DNA of 64,000 nucleotides, taken from NCBI GenBank assembly GCA_041737595.1, contig JBGSRK010000010.1:1-64000 (forward strand). Direction: 5' to 3'. Below, piece by piece: positions 9,840-18,859 of this stretch. Each line of letters begins with the position of its first letter. Positions within the stretch are counted from its first letter, which is position 1. This DNA comes from Patescibacteria group bacterium. Lineage in GTDB: Bacteria; Patescibacteriota; CPR2; UBA1875. The notes under the pieces were generated by a model that made no database searches, was not told the DNA's origin, and saw nothing but the letters and a program-made list of their open reading frames with translations. The position numbers were made by a program, and so were the translations under genes.

Positions 9840-10253
9840 CTATCTAGCAAGATATGACTCCAGTATTATACAAGCTGCTTCTGAATCTATTTTTTCTTTT
9901 ATCTCAGATTGTTTATGCCCATATTTTTTTAGTCTAGCCTCTGCCTCTATTGATGTCTGAGATTCATCTTCAAAATCAACTTCCACATTATATTCATGTT
10001 TCACAACATTAGCAAATTCCCTTATACTTTTTACATTTTCCCCTTCTTCACCATTCTGATGTCTTGGAGTCCCAAAAATAATCTTTTTAGGTTTTTCTGA
10101 ATCAATTAATTCCCCCAGTTCCATCATAAAATTATCTGAAACATTTAAAACTAAAAGAGGGCGGGCAATTATTCCTGATTCATCAGAAACTGCCACCCCC
10201 ACTCTTTTTTCTCCAATATCTAATGCCATGTACTTCATAATTTTATTTGTCAT
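9840..10253 (-). CDS. ruvX: YqgF/RuvX pre-16S rRNA nuclease
   Basis: ALDIGEKRVGVAVSD, DESQTS, and IDSEAACIILESYL motifs. Confidence 0.93.
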   Translation of the reverse strand: MTNKIMKYMALDIGEKRVGVAVSDESGIIARPLLVLNVSDNFMMELGELIDSEKPKKIIFGTPRHQNGEEGENVKSIREFANVVKHEYNVEVDFEDESQTSIEAEARLKKYGHKQSEIKEKIDSEAACIILESYLAR

Positions 10254-10304
10254 CCTTGTGAATTAAAAATCTAGATTCAATTTTAGCAAGAAAGACATAT
10301 TGTT

Positions 10305-12002
10305 TTAATCCTGTGTTTTTGAAATTACAGTCTTAAAATAAATATGTTTTTCAATTCTTGGCATTCTTTTATAAAAAACCGGGAAATGTTTTATTTCGAC
10401 CCCTTCAACACCATCTACTCTGTTAAGATAATCAAGTGAACTCCCTTCTGGTGAACCAGAAAGCTCCACTCTCATCTTATTTTCATCAATTTTTGTAGCA
10501 ATATAAGCTTCACCCGAAAGTCTGCCCATAATTTGATTTTTATCAAAATCCGCTGATACAAATTCTGCAGCAGAAGTAAGGTTTTCACTCTCAACGATTT
10601 CTTTACCATCACCTATTTGGTCACCAAGTGTTGATTCGGCTAATTTTTTAAGATTATCATCCTTAAATACTAATGCGATGACAGTTGATTTTGCCTTAAG
10701 TTCAAATTCAGTAGCTTCACCATTTACGGCAACTGAAGGTTCTGCTGAAACCTCTGTGATTTTCATTGCTCCTTCAAGCCATCTCTCATCCCGTACTGTT
10801 TTTTCTAAAATTACTCTTTTAGCTTCTTGTTCAATTACTTTTTTTATTTCATCTTTAGCAGTATTCACATCTGTTTGAGTAACATAGGTAACATCACGAG
10901 ACGTCCCACCAGCAAAAGCAGCCGCATTAACCCCATATATTTGGCTAATTGTTGCTCCAGTTAAACCAGGAATAAAAAATGTTGTAGATGCAACTAAATT
11001 ATACTGTTCTCCAACATTTTCAGCTTCTACACTAACGTTAATTGTCCCATTTGTAATTGTCCCTCCAACACTTTTAAAACCTGGGACCGTTACATTTGTA
11101 GTTGATTTATAAACAAGACCAGCTGGGCTAACAAAACGAGTCCCTGCAACAAGCAATGTTGTACCTGGATCACTAGTATAAGCATGGTCATTAACTGTAA
11201 TTGTGCCCTTTGCTTTATCTCCGACTTTTTTCTTACCAGTTGCTTTATATTTTTCAGTTTTCTCTACATCTTCAGATATTTCACGAGCAGGGATTGTTTG
11301 GGTCCCATTATCTACTGAACTTGCACTCTTATCGGCAGTGAAAGTAAAATCTACTTTCTGTTTTTCGGCTGCAAGAGTTAATGTCACATTAGCAAGTGGT
11401 ACAAAAATATATCCAGCCACAAGCCCAATAAGAGCTAAAAATCCTGCCGTTATACCAATAATTTTCCATTTTAATTTCTTTTTTGATTTTTCTTTAACTG
11501 GATTCTTTATTTTATCACTTGAAATTTCAACTTCTTCAGATGTATCTAGTTTATTCCCATCAGGAGTAACAACTTCTGATGTTGGGGCAACAATCGCTTC
11601 TGCCCCAGGTTTCATTTCGATTGGGACTTCATCATCTTCAACAACTGATTTTGGTTTAACATCGCCATTTTTCATCTCAATGCTTGAAACATCATCTTCA
11701 GGAATTTCTTTTTCACCTTCAGTCATATGAACTACTTTTGGCTCTTCCCCAGGTTTTGACATCACAGCAATCCCAACTTGTTCTGCAAGTTTTTTACCAA
11801 CCTTATCCTGTGTAACAATCGCAATCTCTTTCCCTAATGAATCCGCTTGTTTTTTTAATATTTTTAAATTTACTACAGACTGTAAGAGCAAGGCTTCTTT
11901 TGGAATTACAAGATCAACGGCAACATGTTCTGTCCCTTTTAATTTATCGACAACCGAGGTTATCTCTTCATCATTATCTAAATATATTGTTTCTCTATCC
12001 AT
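10305..12002 (-). CDS. membrane-anchored protein with baseplate J-like extracellular domain
   Basis: N-terminal IYLDNDEEITSV domain, acidic linker, one TM, then A.GTITV...GTRF...V.V.A..VGEQYN...FAGG pattern. Confidence 0.75.
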   Translation of the reverse strand: MDRETIYLDNDEEITSVVDKLKGTEHVAVDLVIPKEALLLQSVVNLKILKKQADSLGKEIAIVTQDKVGKKLAEQVGIAVMSKPGEEPKVVHMTEGEKEIPEDDVSSIEMKNGDVKPKSVVEDDEVPIEMKPGAEAIVAPTSEVVTPDGNKLDTSEEVEISSDKIKNPVKEKSKKKLKWKIIGITAGFLALIGLVAGYIFVPLANVTLTLAAEKQKVDFTFTADKSASSVDNGTQTIPAREISEDVEKTEKYKATGKKKVGDKAKGTITVNDHAYTSDPGTTLLVAGTRFVSPAGLVYKSTTNVTVPGFKSVGGTITNGTINVSVEAENVGEQYNLVASTTFFIPGLTGATISQIYGVNAAAFAGGTSRDVTYVTQTDVNTAKDEIKKVIEQEAKRVILEKTVRDERWLEGAMKITEVSAEPSVAVNGEATEFELKAKSTVIALVFKDDNLKKLAESTLGDQIGDGKEIVESENLTSAAEFVSADFDKNQIMGRLSGEAYIATKIDENKMRVELSGSPEGSSLDYLNRVDGVEGVEIKHFPVFYKRMPRIEKHIYFKTVISKTQD

Positions 12003-12003
12003 T

Positions 12004-13266
12004 TTATGCCTGCAGGGTTTTAGTTATTTTTCTCATTAAACTTGGGAGTACATCTTCTTCCCCCATCTCCACTATTAAATTAGCAAGACCCATTGGAGTA
12101 ATATCTTGTTGATCTTTTATCTCTCCAGTCTTATCTACTATATTAACAACATCAGCAGGTTTAATAAAGTGAACTTGTGGTTTTTTAGCAAATGGTAAGT
12201 CCTTCCACCAATCACCATCGGTCAAAATTTCTTTTATTTCTGGTAAAGCAGATGCCCCACCACATAAAAGTATTCTTGAAGGCAAAAGATCAACATTTGA
12301 AAATTCCGAAAGTGCGAGTTCTACACCGCTTCGCCAAACATTTGCGTCTGAATATAATGCGTCCCTAACTATTTTTTTAGATTTTTCTTTAAGAAGATCA
12401 CTCGCATATGCCAATTTTATTTCTTCGGCCCTTGCAAAACTAACATTTAAAACCTGCGCAAGCCTTTTTGTAAAACTTCTGCCTCCGATTGCGAACATTT
12501 TTGTGCCTTCAAGGCCACCATTTCTAACAACCGCAATATCTGATGTACCACCTCCGATATCTATAAAAATAGCGTTGAATTCACCGGCCTCCCCTATCCC
12601 AACAGAACGAGCAACTGCATATGGTTCTGCAGCAACTGTAATCAAATCAAGTTCAAGATCTGCAGAAATTGATTGGAGTGCTCCCAAGTGAACCATTGGA
12701 GCAAAAGCATTAAAGACTCCAACAGATACTTCTTTGCCCTGAAAACCAATTGGATTTGTTACACGATAACCGTCTATTTTTACATCAACAATTGAGGCAT
12801 TAACAAGCTTGACGTCAATTTCTTCATGACCAGTTTCCCAAGCTAATTGTTTTCTGACTTCATCAAAAACACGCCATTGAATTTTATTTACAATATTTTT
12901 AAGTTCATTATAATCAATTTTTATATTTGGTTTTAATCGCTCATAATGAACGGTTGTTGTAACCCCCTTAACAAGTTCACCAGCAATCCCAATTACACAG
13001 GACTCACATATGGCCCCAGCCATTTCCTCTGCTTTATCAAGTGCCTTGGCACAATTTTCAACAACACCACCGATATCAGTTACGGCCCCGCCTTGCATAT
13101 CACCTAATTTTTGTCTTTGTCTACCAACACCAACTATATGAGCCTTACCGCCTTCTCCAATATGAAAAACAAGTGCTTTTACAAATTCTGTTCCAACATC
13201 AAGTGCCGCATAATGCGGAATTTGTTCTTTTTTTTTCTTCTTTTTAAATTTATTGAGTAGTGGCAT
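12004..13266 (-). CDS. FtsA-like actin-fold ATPase
   Basis: ALDVGTEFVK, EPYAVA, IDIGGGTSD, AEEIK and LCGGAS motifs. Start placed at ATG 13266 after AGGGG. Confidence 0.85.
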   Translation of the reverse strand: MPLLNKFKKKKKKEQIPHYAALDVGTEFVKALVFHIGEGGKAHIVGVGRQRQKLGDMQGGAVTDIGGVVENCAKALDKAEEMAGAICESCVIGIAGELVKGVTTTVHYERLKPNIKIDYNELKNIVNKIQWRVFDEVRKQLAWETGHEEIDVKLVNASIVDVKIDGYRVTNPIGFQGKEVSVGVFNAFAPMVHLGALQSISADLELDLITVAAEPYAVARSVGIGEAGEFNAIFIDIGGGTSDIAVVRNGGLEGTKMFAIGGRSFTKRLAQVLNVSFARAEEIKLAYASDLLKEKSKKIVRDALYSDANVWRSGVELALSEFSNVDLLPSRILLCGGASALPEIKEILTDGDWWKDLPFAKKPQVHFIKPADVVNIVDKTGEIKDQQDITPMGLANLIVEMGEEDVLPSLMRKITKTLQA

Positions 13267-13384
13267 TTTCCCCTTTAACATATCTGCCAAATAATTAAAT
13301 AAAATTTGTACTTTGTACACTTTCATTTTAAGTTATTTTATAGCATAATTCAAATAGGTAATAAATTTAAAAAATGGAGGCGGA

Positions 13385-14146
13385 ATGATCGAAAAATTAA
13401 AAAAACTCCGAATCTACAACATTGTAGTCGGACTTGTATTGCTTGTTCAGGGAATTGTAATGTGGGCAATCTCGAATGAAACGGCGGCTAAAATTACAAC
13501 TAACTACCTAGGCAAAACGAGTAGCATACCGGGTATGCCCACAACCTCTATCGAGCAATTTGCAGAGTGGCAACTGGGGCCAATTGTGGCTTCATTTTTG
13601 CTACTTTCTGGGCTTTTCCTTTTGGGATCTGCCTTTGTGTGGAGAACTAAATATGAAGAACAGATTCAAAAAGGGATGAACTTATTCCGCTGGGCGGAGT
13701 ACTCTATTACCTCATCCTTAATGGTAGTAGTAATCGCCATTCTCTGCGGAATTTATGACCTCTCTACGCTAATATTAATCTTTGGCTTAAACGCTTGTAT
13801 GATTCTTTTTGGCTGGATGATGGAATTGCATAATCAAACCACTAAAAAGGTTGATTGGACTGCATACTTATTCGGTTGTTTTGCTGGCATCGTGCCTTGG
13901 GTAGTAATGGGGCTATACTTCTTTGCCGCACTTAAAGCCGGTGGTGATGCTGTGCCAAGTTTTGTATATGCAATCTTCTGGAGTCTTTTCGTGACCTTCA
14001 ACGTATTCTCTGTTGCAATGATTTTGCAGTACAAAAAAGTTGGTAAATGGAAAGATTATATGTATGGCGAATATGCATATATTACTCTTTCTCTAGTAGC
14101 AAAAGCCCTTCTTGCTTGGCAAGTTTGGGGAGGAACTCTTCGCTAA
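13385..14146 (+). CDS. heR: heliorhodopsin
   Basis: 7 TM helices; NLFRWAEYSITSS counterion motif, MILFGWMME, and YGEYAYITLSLVAK carrying the retinal Lys240; GGAGG SD. Confidence 0.95.
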   Translation: MIEKLKKLRIYNIVVGLVLLVQGIVMWAISNETAAKITTNYLGKTSSIPGMPTTSIEQFAEWQLGPIVASFLLLSGLFLLGSAFVWRTKYEEQIQKGMNLFRWAEYSITSSLMVVVIAILCGIYDLSTLILIFGLNACMILFGWMMELHNQTTKKVDWTAYLFGCFAGIVPWVVMGLYFFAALKAGGDAVPSFVYAIFWSLFVTFNVFSVAMILQYKKVGKWKDYMYGEYAYITLSLVAKALLAWQVWGGTLR

Positions 14147-14172
14147 AATTAATTAATTAATTAATTAATTGT

Positions 14173-14200
14173 TAAAATCGCCCAAGACTGGGCGATTTTA
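14173..14200. terminator. bidirectional terminator between heR and alaS
   Basis: TAAAATCGCCCA-agac-TGGGCGATTTTA perfect 12-bp stem. Confidence 0.85.
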
Positions 14201-14203
14201 TTT

Positions 14204-15985
14204 TTATTCTAGTATAGCTTTTATACGCCTTACGCCCGAAGATGAAGATTCTTCTTTTATAATTTTAAATTTACCAAGTTCTCCTGTATTTTTTACATGT
14301 GGCCCACCACATATCTCTTTAGAAAAAGCCTCATTTGAATATAAATCACCGCCAATTGTATAAACTTTTACTTTATCACCATATTTAGAATCAAAAATGC
14401 CTGTTGCCCCATTACCTTTTGCCTCTTCGACAGTTGTAACTGTCTCTAAAACTGATAATTTATCATTGATCATTTTATTTACCATATCTTCAATTTCTTT
14501 AACCTGTTCTGGGGTAACCTTCTCTGGATGAGAAAAATCAAATCGCATTCTTTCTGAAGTTATATTAGCACCTCTTTGAGTAACATGAGGGCCAAGCACT
14601 CTTCTTAAAGCTTCAAGCATTAAATGAGCTGCGGTGTGATATTTAACTGTTTCTTCCGACTGATCTCCAAGCCCACCTTTGAATTTTTGTTCTGCTCCTT
14701 TTCTAGATAATTCTTGATGATTTTTAAACTCTTTTGTATAACCCTTAACATCAATTGTCATCCCATTTTCTTCAGCCAGTTCTTCAGTAATTTCTATTGG
14801 GAAACCATAACTTTGAAACAAATCAAAAGCATCTTTCCCTGTAATTTTTTTGCAATCTTTATTAATAATTATTTGATTAAATTTTTTGAGTCCGTTTTCT
14901 AAAGTTTTTCTGAATTTATCTTCTTCCTTATTTAACTCTCTATAAATAAAATCTTCATTATCTTTAAGTTCTTGATAAACCTCACCCATTTTATTAATTA
15001 CTTCTTTAGCGACTTTTGAAGTAAAATTTCCTGTTATCCCTAAATTTTTACCGTGTCTTATGGCTCTTCTTATTAATCTTCGAACGATATAACCCCTATC
15101 AATATTTGATGGTTCAATTTGTTCCGCAAGGACAAAGGTTGCTGCCCTTAAATGATCTGCAATAATTCTAACTGATTTTATTTTTTCATCAGTATAACCA
15201 GTAGAGAGCTCTATAATTTTTGCGATAATCCCCTCAAATAAATCTGTTTCGTAAACTGACTTTTTACCTTGTGAAAACATGACTTGTCTTTCAAGACCAA
15301 TCCCTACATCAACATTTTGTTGGGCTAATTTCTCAAATTTACCATCCGCGTTCTTGAAATACTCCATAAAAACATTATTTCCAAGCTCAATATATTTTTC
15401 ACAATTACAAGATGGGTCACAAGATTCACTACATTTTTCTTTCCCGGTATCAATAAACATTTCTGTATCAGGTCCGCAAGGGCCAGTTTCAGAAACAGGG
15501 CCCCACCAATTTTCTTTTTTACTAAACCTATATATTCTTTCTTCAGGAATACCTATTTCATCTTTCCACGTGTTATAAGATTCTTCATCAAAAGGGGCAT
15601 CATCATCTCCAGCAAAAACCGTTATTGAAATTTTATCTTTATTAAAACCTAAAACTTTTGTATAAAAATCAAAGGTATGCCTGATAGATTCTTTTTTAAA
15701 ATAATCACCAAGTGACCAATAACCAAGCATTTCAAAAAAAGTTAAATGACTAGAATCACCCACCTCATCAATATCAACAGTTCTTAAACATTTTTGGGAA
15801 TTTACAATTCTTTTACCAAGAGGATGGTCTTCTCCCATCAAATATGGAACCAATGGGTGCATTCCCGCGGTCGTAAAAAGAACAGAAGGATCATTTTGTG
15901 GAATTACAGGATAAGAAGGAATTCTCTTATGACCGCTTTCTTCAAAAAAAGTAATAAATTTTTCTCTTAATTCGTTTGAATCCAT
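14204..15985 (-). CDS. alaS: alanine--tRNA ligase (short form lacking C-Ala)
   Basis: FTTAGM, TFFEMLG, GPCGP, DHLRA motifs; editing site HTAAH/CGGPH; ends GVRRIKA. Confidence 0.97.
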   Translation of the reverse strand: MDSNELREKFITFFEESGHKRIPSYPVIPQNDPSVLFTTAGMHPLVPYLMGEDHPLGKRIVNSQKCLRTVDIDEVGDSSHLTFFEMLGYWSLGDYFKKESIRHTFDFYTKVLGFNKDKISITVFAGDDDAPFDEESYNTWKDEIGIPEERIYRFSKKENWWGPVSETGPCGPDTEMFIDTGKEKCSESCDPSCNCEKYIELGNNVFMEYFKNADGKFEKLAQQNVDVGIGLERQVMFSQGKKSVYETDLFEGIIAKIIELSTGYTDEKIKSVRIIADHLRAATFVLAEQIEPSNIDRGYIVRRLIRRAIRHGKNLGITGNFTSKVAKEVINKMGEVYQELKDNEDFIYRELNKEEDKFRKTLENGLKKFNQIIINKDCKKITGKDAFDLFQSYGFPIEITEELAEENGMTIDVKGYTKEFKNHQELSRKGAEQKFKGGLGDQSEETVKYHTAAHLMLEALRRVLGPHVTQRGANITSERMRFDFSHPEKVTPEQVKEIEDMVNKMINDKLSVLETVTTVEEAKGNGATGIFDSKYGDKVKVYTIGGDLYSNEAFSKEICGGPHVKNTGELGKFKIIKEESSSSGVRRIKAILE

Positions 15986-16063
15986 ATTGCTATTTTATAC
16001 CAATTAATAGATTAAGTGAATCAGGCGATCCGGCATTCGCCGGACCGCGCTGAAGCACGACAA

Positions 16064-16327
16064 TCAGTTCCAAGGTGGCTTGACACCAACGCTACAGCTC
16101 AGCTTCCCTCCATCTATGTTGATCGTCGGGAAAGAGCCAGCAATACCGTTGATCGTACGGGAAAGAGTACACGCAACCTGTGACGCCTCTTCGTTATCAC
16201 AGCAACTACTTGTGATGGTTGCAAAGCCACGATCGTGGTGAATCTCGTACTCCACTGGGGTATTGTGCGTACCTCCAACTTCTTGAGCTATCATTGCAAG
16301 ATCTTGACCAGTTATTTCCACCGTCAT
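16064..16327 (-). CDS. hypothetical protein (GC-rich islet)
   Basis: Open ~87-aa frame with AGGGGG SD, directly following the upstream ORF; GC-rich hairpin downstream. Confidence 0.6.
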   Translation of the reverse strand: MTVEITGQDLAMIAQEVGGTHNTPVEYEIHHDRGFATITSSCCDNEEASQVACTLSRTINGIAGSFPTINIDGGKLSCSVGVKPPWN

Positions 16328-16332
16328 CCCGT

Positions 16333-16614
16333 TCACCCCCTCTGTTCAATAAAGACATTCAGCTGACGAATCGCGACATTATCTGGGCTTTGAACGAACA
16401 GATGACCATCAAGTCCGAGTTTCGTGAGTTTCTCCGCCAATTTCCGCTGGAAATACAGCTTTTCGGACCCCGAAACCAAGGTTTCGATGTGCCTCCGAGT
16501 TGTCATGACGTTCACAACAAAGTGAGCGTCTTCAGGGCTGATCATGCCGATCATCTGCTCTGCTTGTACAATGATAGGACTTTCTGCCGTGCCTGGAGTT
16601 CCCAAAGCTATCAT
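16333..16614 (-). CDS. hypothetical protein (GC-rich islet)
   Basis: GAGGGAGG directly before ATG; TTGATT-17-TAAAAT promoter upstream. Confidence 0.6.
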   Translation of the reverse strand: MIALGTPGTAESPIIVQAEQMIGMISPEDAHFVVNVMTTRRHIETLVSGSEKLYFQRKLAEKLTKLGLDGHLFVQSPDNVAIRQLNVFIEQRG

Positions 16615-16792
16615 CCTCCCTCATTAGAGATTGCTTTCAATTTGTGATTTTACTTTATAATATTTAAAAAATCAATAAATATGCGAAGAGCGCTCTAGAC
16701 CAACAGGCCTTTAATCACCCATGCTAGGTGAAAGAGCGCTCTCACCGGGATCTTTGACCCGGTGTTCGGTGGATACATGTTCCGTGCCCCCT

Positions 16793-17056
16793 CTACTTGT
16801 GCCACTTGAGAACGAGATTGACTAGACAAATCCTTCGATCGGGATCAGGGACCTCAATCACGATCTGTTCCTTGATGCCGTCAAGCTTGGTGCGCCCTTT
16901 CATGGGGCGCCCCTCACTATCCCAACGCCTGTGTTCCTTACGGAACTTAATCAGTAGCGGAACAACAAGTCTTTCTTCGGTTGAAGAAAGCTTGAAACCG
17001 CCTTCTTCCTCTAAGTACTTGGTCAAATCGGCCTCAGGGCTTTTGACGCTTGCCAT
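16793..17056 (-). CDS. hypothetical protein (GC-rich islet)
   Basis: AAAGGAGGTG SD before ATG 17056; own promoter and structured leader. Confidence 0.65.
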   Translation of the reverse strand: MASVKSPEADLTKYLEEEGGFKLSSTEERLVVPLLIKFRKEHRRWDSEGRPMKGRTKLDGIKEQIVIEVPDPDRRICLVNLVLKWHK

Positions 17057-17155
17057 TGTTTCCACCTCCTTTGAGGTATAAGGTTCACAGAGATCTTACA
17101 AAAAAAACACTCCCCATTCGGAAGTGCCGATTTGCAAGAACCCCTGTCTGCCGTT

Positions 17156-17184
17156 ATTGTATCAATTGACATTATTTAGTCAAT
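17156..17184 (-). promoter_or_regulatory. sigma70-like promoter with overlapping inverted repeat
   Basis: TTGACT-16-TACAAT with extended TG; ATTGAC-N8-GTCAAT dyad over the -35 and spacer. Confidence 0.55.
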
Positions 17185-17214
17185 AGCGAGAATATACAAA
17201 TATTAATAATATTT

Positions 17215-18270
17215 TTAGTTTATTATTATACCACCACCTAAAACCAAATCTTTATTATAAAATACTATTGATTGGCCCTTTGTCACTGCTCTTTGTGGTT
17301 TATCAAAAATAACTAAATATCTATTATTTACATTTTTAACTAAACATTCCGCATCATCCATTCTATATCTTATTTTCGCACTACATTTAAATGGGAATTC
17401 AACAGAAGTAAGCCAGTTTGTATTTTCGATATCTATTTCATTTTTATATAATTCACTTTCCTCACCTATAACTATTTGATTTTTATTAGAATTTATTCCG
17501 ACAACATACATTGGTTTTTTTGAGCCCCCACCAAGCCCTTTTCTCTGCCCAATTGTATATGTAAATATCCCATCATGTTTTGTAATTTCTTCTCCGTCGA
17601 TATTTATTATTTTGCCTATATTCTTTTTTATCTTTTCTTTTAAATAATCTTCCGTCTTGCCATTAATAAAACATATTTCTTGAGATTCTTTTTTCTTTGC
17701 CGTCTTTAATTTTAGTTTATCGGCTATCTTTCTTGTTTCACTTTTTGAAATTTCGCCAAGTGGAAATATAATATTTTTTAAATTATCTTTATTAATCCCA
17801 TATAAAAAATAACTTTGATCTTTATTATTATCAAGACCCCGAAAAAGAAATAAATCATTTTTAACTTTCTTGATACGAGCATAATGGCCAGTAGCCAGTT
17901 TATCGGCACCTAAATCCTTAATTTTTGTTAGTAAATAATTAAATTTTATTAATTGGTTACATTTGATACAGGGGTTTGGTGTGTGCCCTTTTTTATAATC
18001 TTCTATAAAATCATTTACAATATATTTATTAAATTCTTTTTCAAAATTTATAACATAATGGGGTATACCGAGTTGAGCGCAGATGTTTTTTGCATCAGAA
18101 ACAGCATCCGAGGAACAACAATTTTTATCATCATTATTTGATTCTTTATAACAAAATAACTTCATAGTTACCCCAAAAACATTGTCTTTACCATATTTTT
18201 CTACACAAAGTGCTGCAGCAACAGATGAATCAACCCCTCCAGACATTGCGACAGCAACTTTATTTAACAT
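17215..18270 (-). CDS. mnmA: tRNA 2-thiouridylase MnmA
   Basis: SGGVDS, PNPCIKCN, ATGHY, KDQSYFL, ESQEIC and TIGQRKG motifs. Confidence 0.97.
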   Translation of the reverse strand: MLNKVAVAMSGGVDSSVAAALCVEKYGKDNVFGVTMKLFCYKESNNDDKNCCSSDAVSDAKNICAQLGIPHYVINFEKEFNKYIVNDFIEDYKKGHTPNPCIKCNQLIKFNYLLTKIKDLGADKLATGHYARIKKVKNDLFLFRGLDNNKDQSYFLYGINKDNLKNIIFPLGEISKSETRKIADKLKLKTAKKKESQEICFINGKTEDYLKEKIKKNIGKIINIDGEEITKHDGIFTYTIGQRKGLGGGSKKPMYVVGINSNKNQIVIGEESELYKNEIDIENTNWLTSVEFPFKCSAKIRYRMDDAECLVKNVNNRYLVIFDKPQRAVTKGQSIVFYNKDLVLGGGIIIN

Positions 18271-18271
18271 A

Positions 18272-18856
18272 TTATTTTAATTCCTCCGTATAATTAATAA
18301 AAATTTTACCAAGTTCCCCTAAAGTCAGAAATCTACCAACATTACTTTCCCACCAACCTTTTTTACGCCAATTCTCGTCAAGTGCAGACTGATTTATTAT
18401 TTCAACCTCTGGAAGTTCTTTTTTGAATAATTCATATGTTCTTCTTTGATGATAGGGGGATGTTACAAGTATTAATGATTTAATATTTTTTTCTTTAATG
18501 ATCTTGGCACTTAAGTCTGCATTTTCGAGGGTTGTTTTTGATTCTTCCTCAATTATAATATCTTCTTTAGGAACCCCCATTTTAACTGATATATTACGCA
18601 TTGCCTCGGCATTTGAAACATCCCCTTCTGCAGCAGCGCCAGAATACATCAACACTGGTGCCCATGCTTCTTTATAGAGTTGGACTCCTTTTTCAATTCT
18701 TGCAATATTATCACCCCCAGAAACAACAACAATTAAATCTGCTTTTTTTAATATATCTTGAGGTGAAAGATACCAACCAACAAAAAGTGGAAGTGCAATA
18801 ACTAAACAAATAATAATCGCGGCCCATAGGGATATTTTTTTTACTAATTTAAGCAT
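18272..18856 (-). CDS. YdcF/DUF218 family protein
   Basis: ADLIVVVSGG, EEESKTTLENA, LVTSPYHQRR motifs; N-terminal TM. Confidence 0.9.
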   Translation of the reverse strand: MLKLVKKISLWAAIIICLVIALPLFVGWYLSPQDILKKADLIVVVSGGDNIARIEKGVQLYKEAWAPVLMYSGAAAEGDVSNAEAMRNISVKMGVPKEDIIIEEESKTTLENADLSAKIIKEKNIKSLILVTSPYHQRRTYELFKKELPEVEIINQSALDENWRKKGWWESNVGRFLTLGELGKIFINYTEELK

Positions 18857-18859
18857 TTA

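Noticed and set aside
10305-12002. Prophage or contractile injection system suggested by the baseplate J-like domain
   Set aside because: No sheath, tube, spike, capsid or terminase genes nearby; the protein is membrane-anchored among housekeeping genes.
14147-14170. (AATT)n microsatellite after heR
   Set aside because: Short AT-rich low-complexity run beside a terminator with no evidence of function.
16219-17081. + strand ORFs 16219..16647 and 16797..17081
   Set aside because: Antisense shadows; SDs and promoters support the - strand ORFs.
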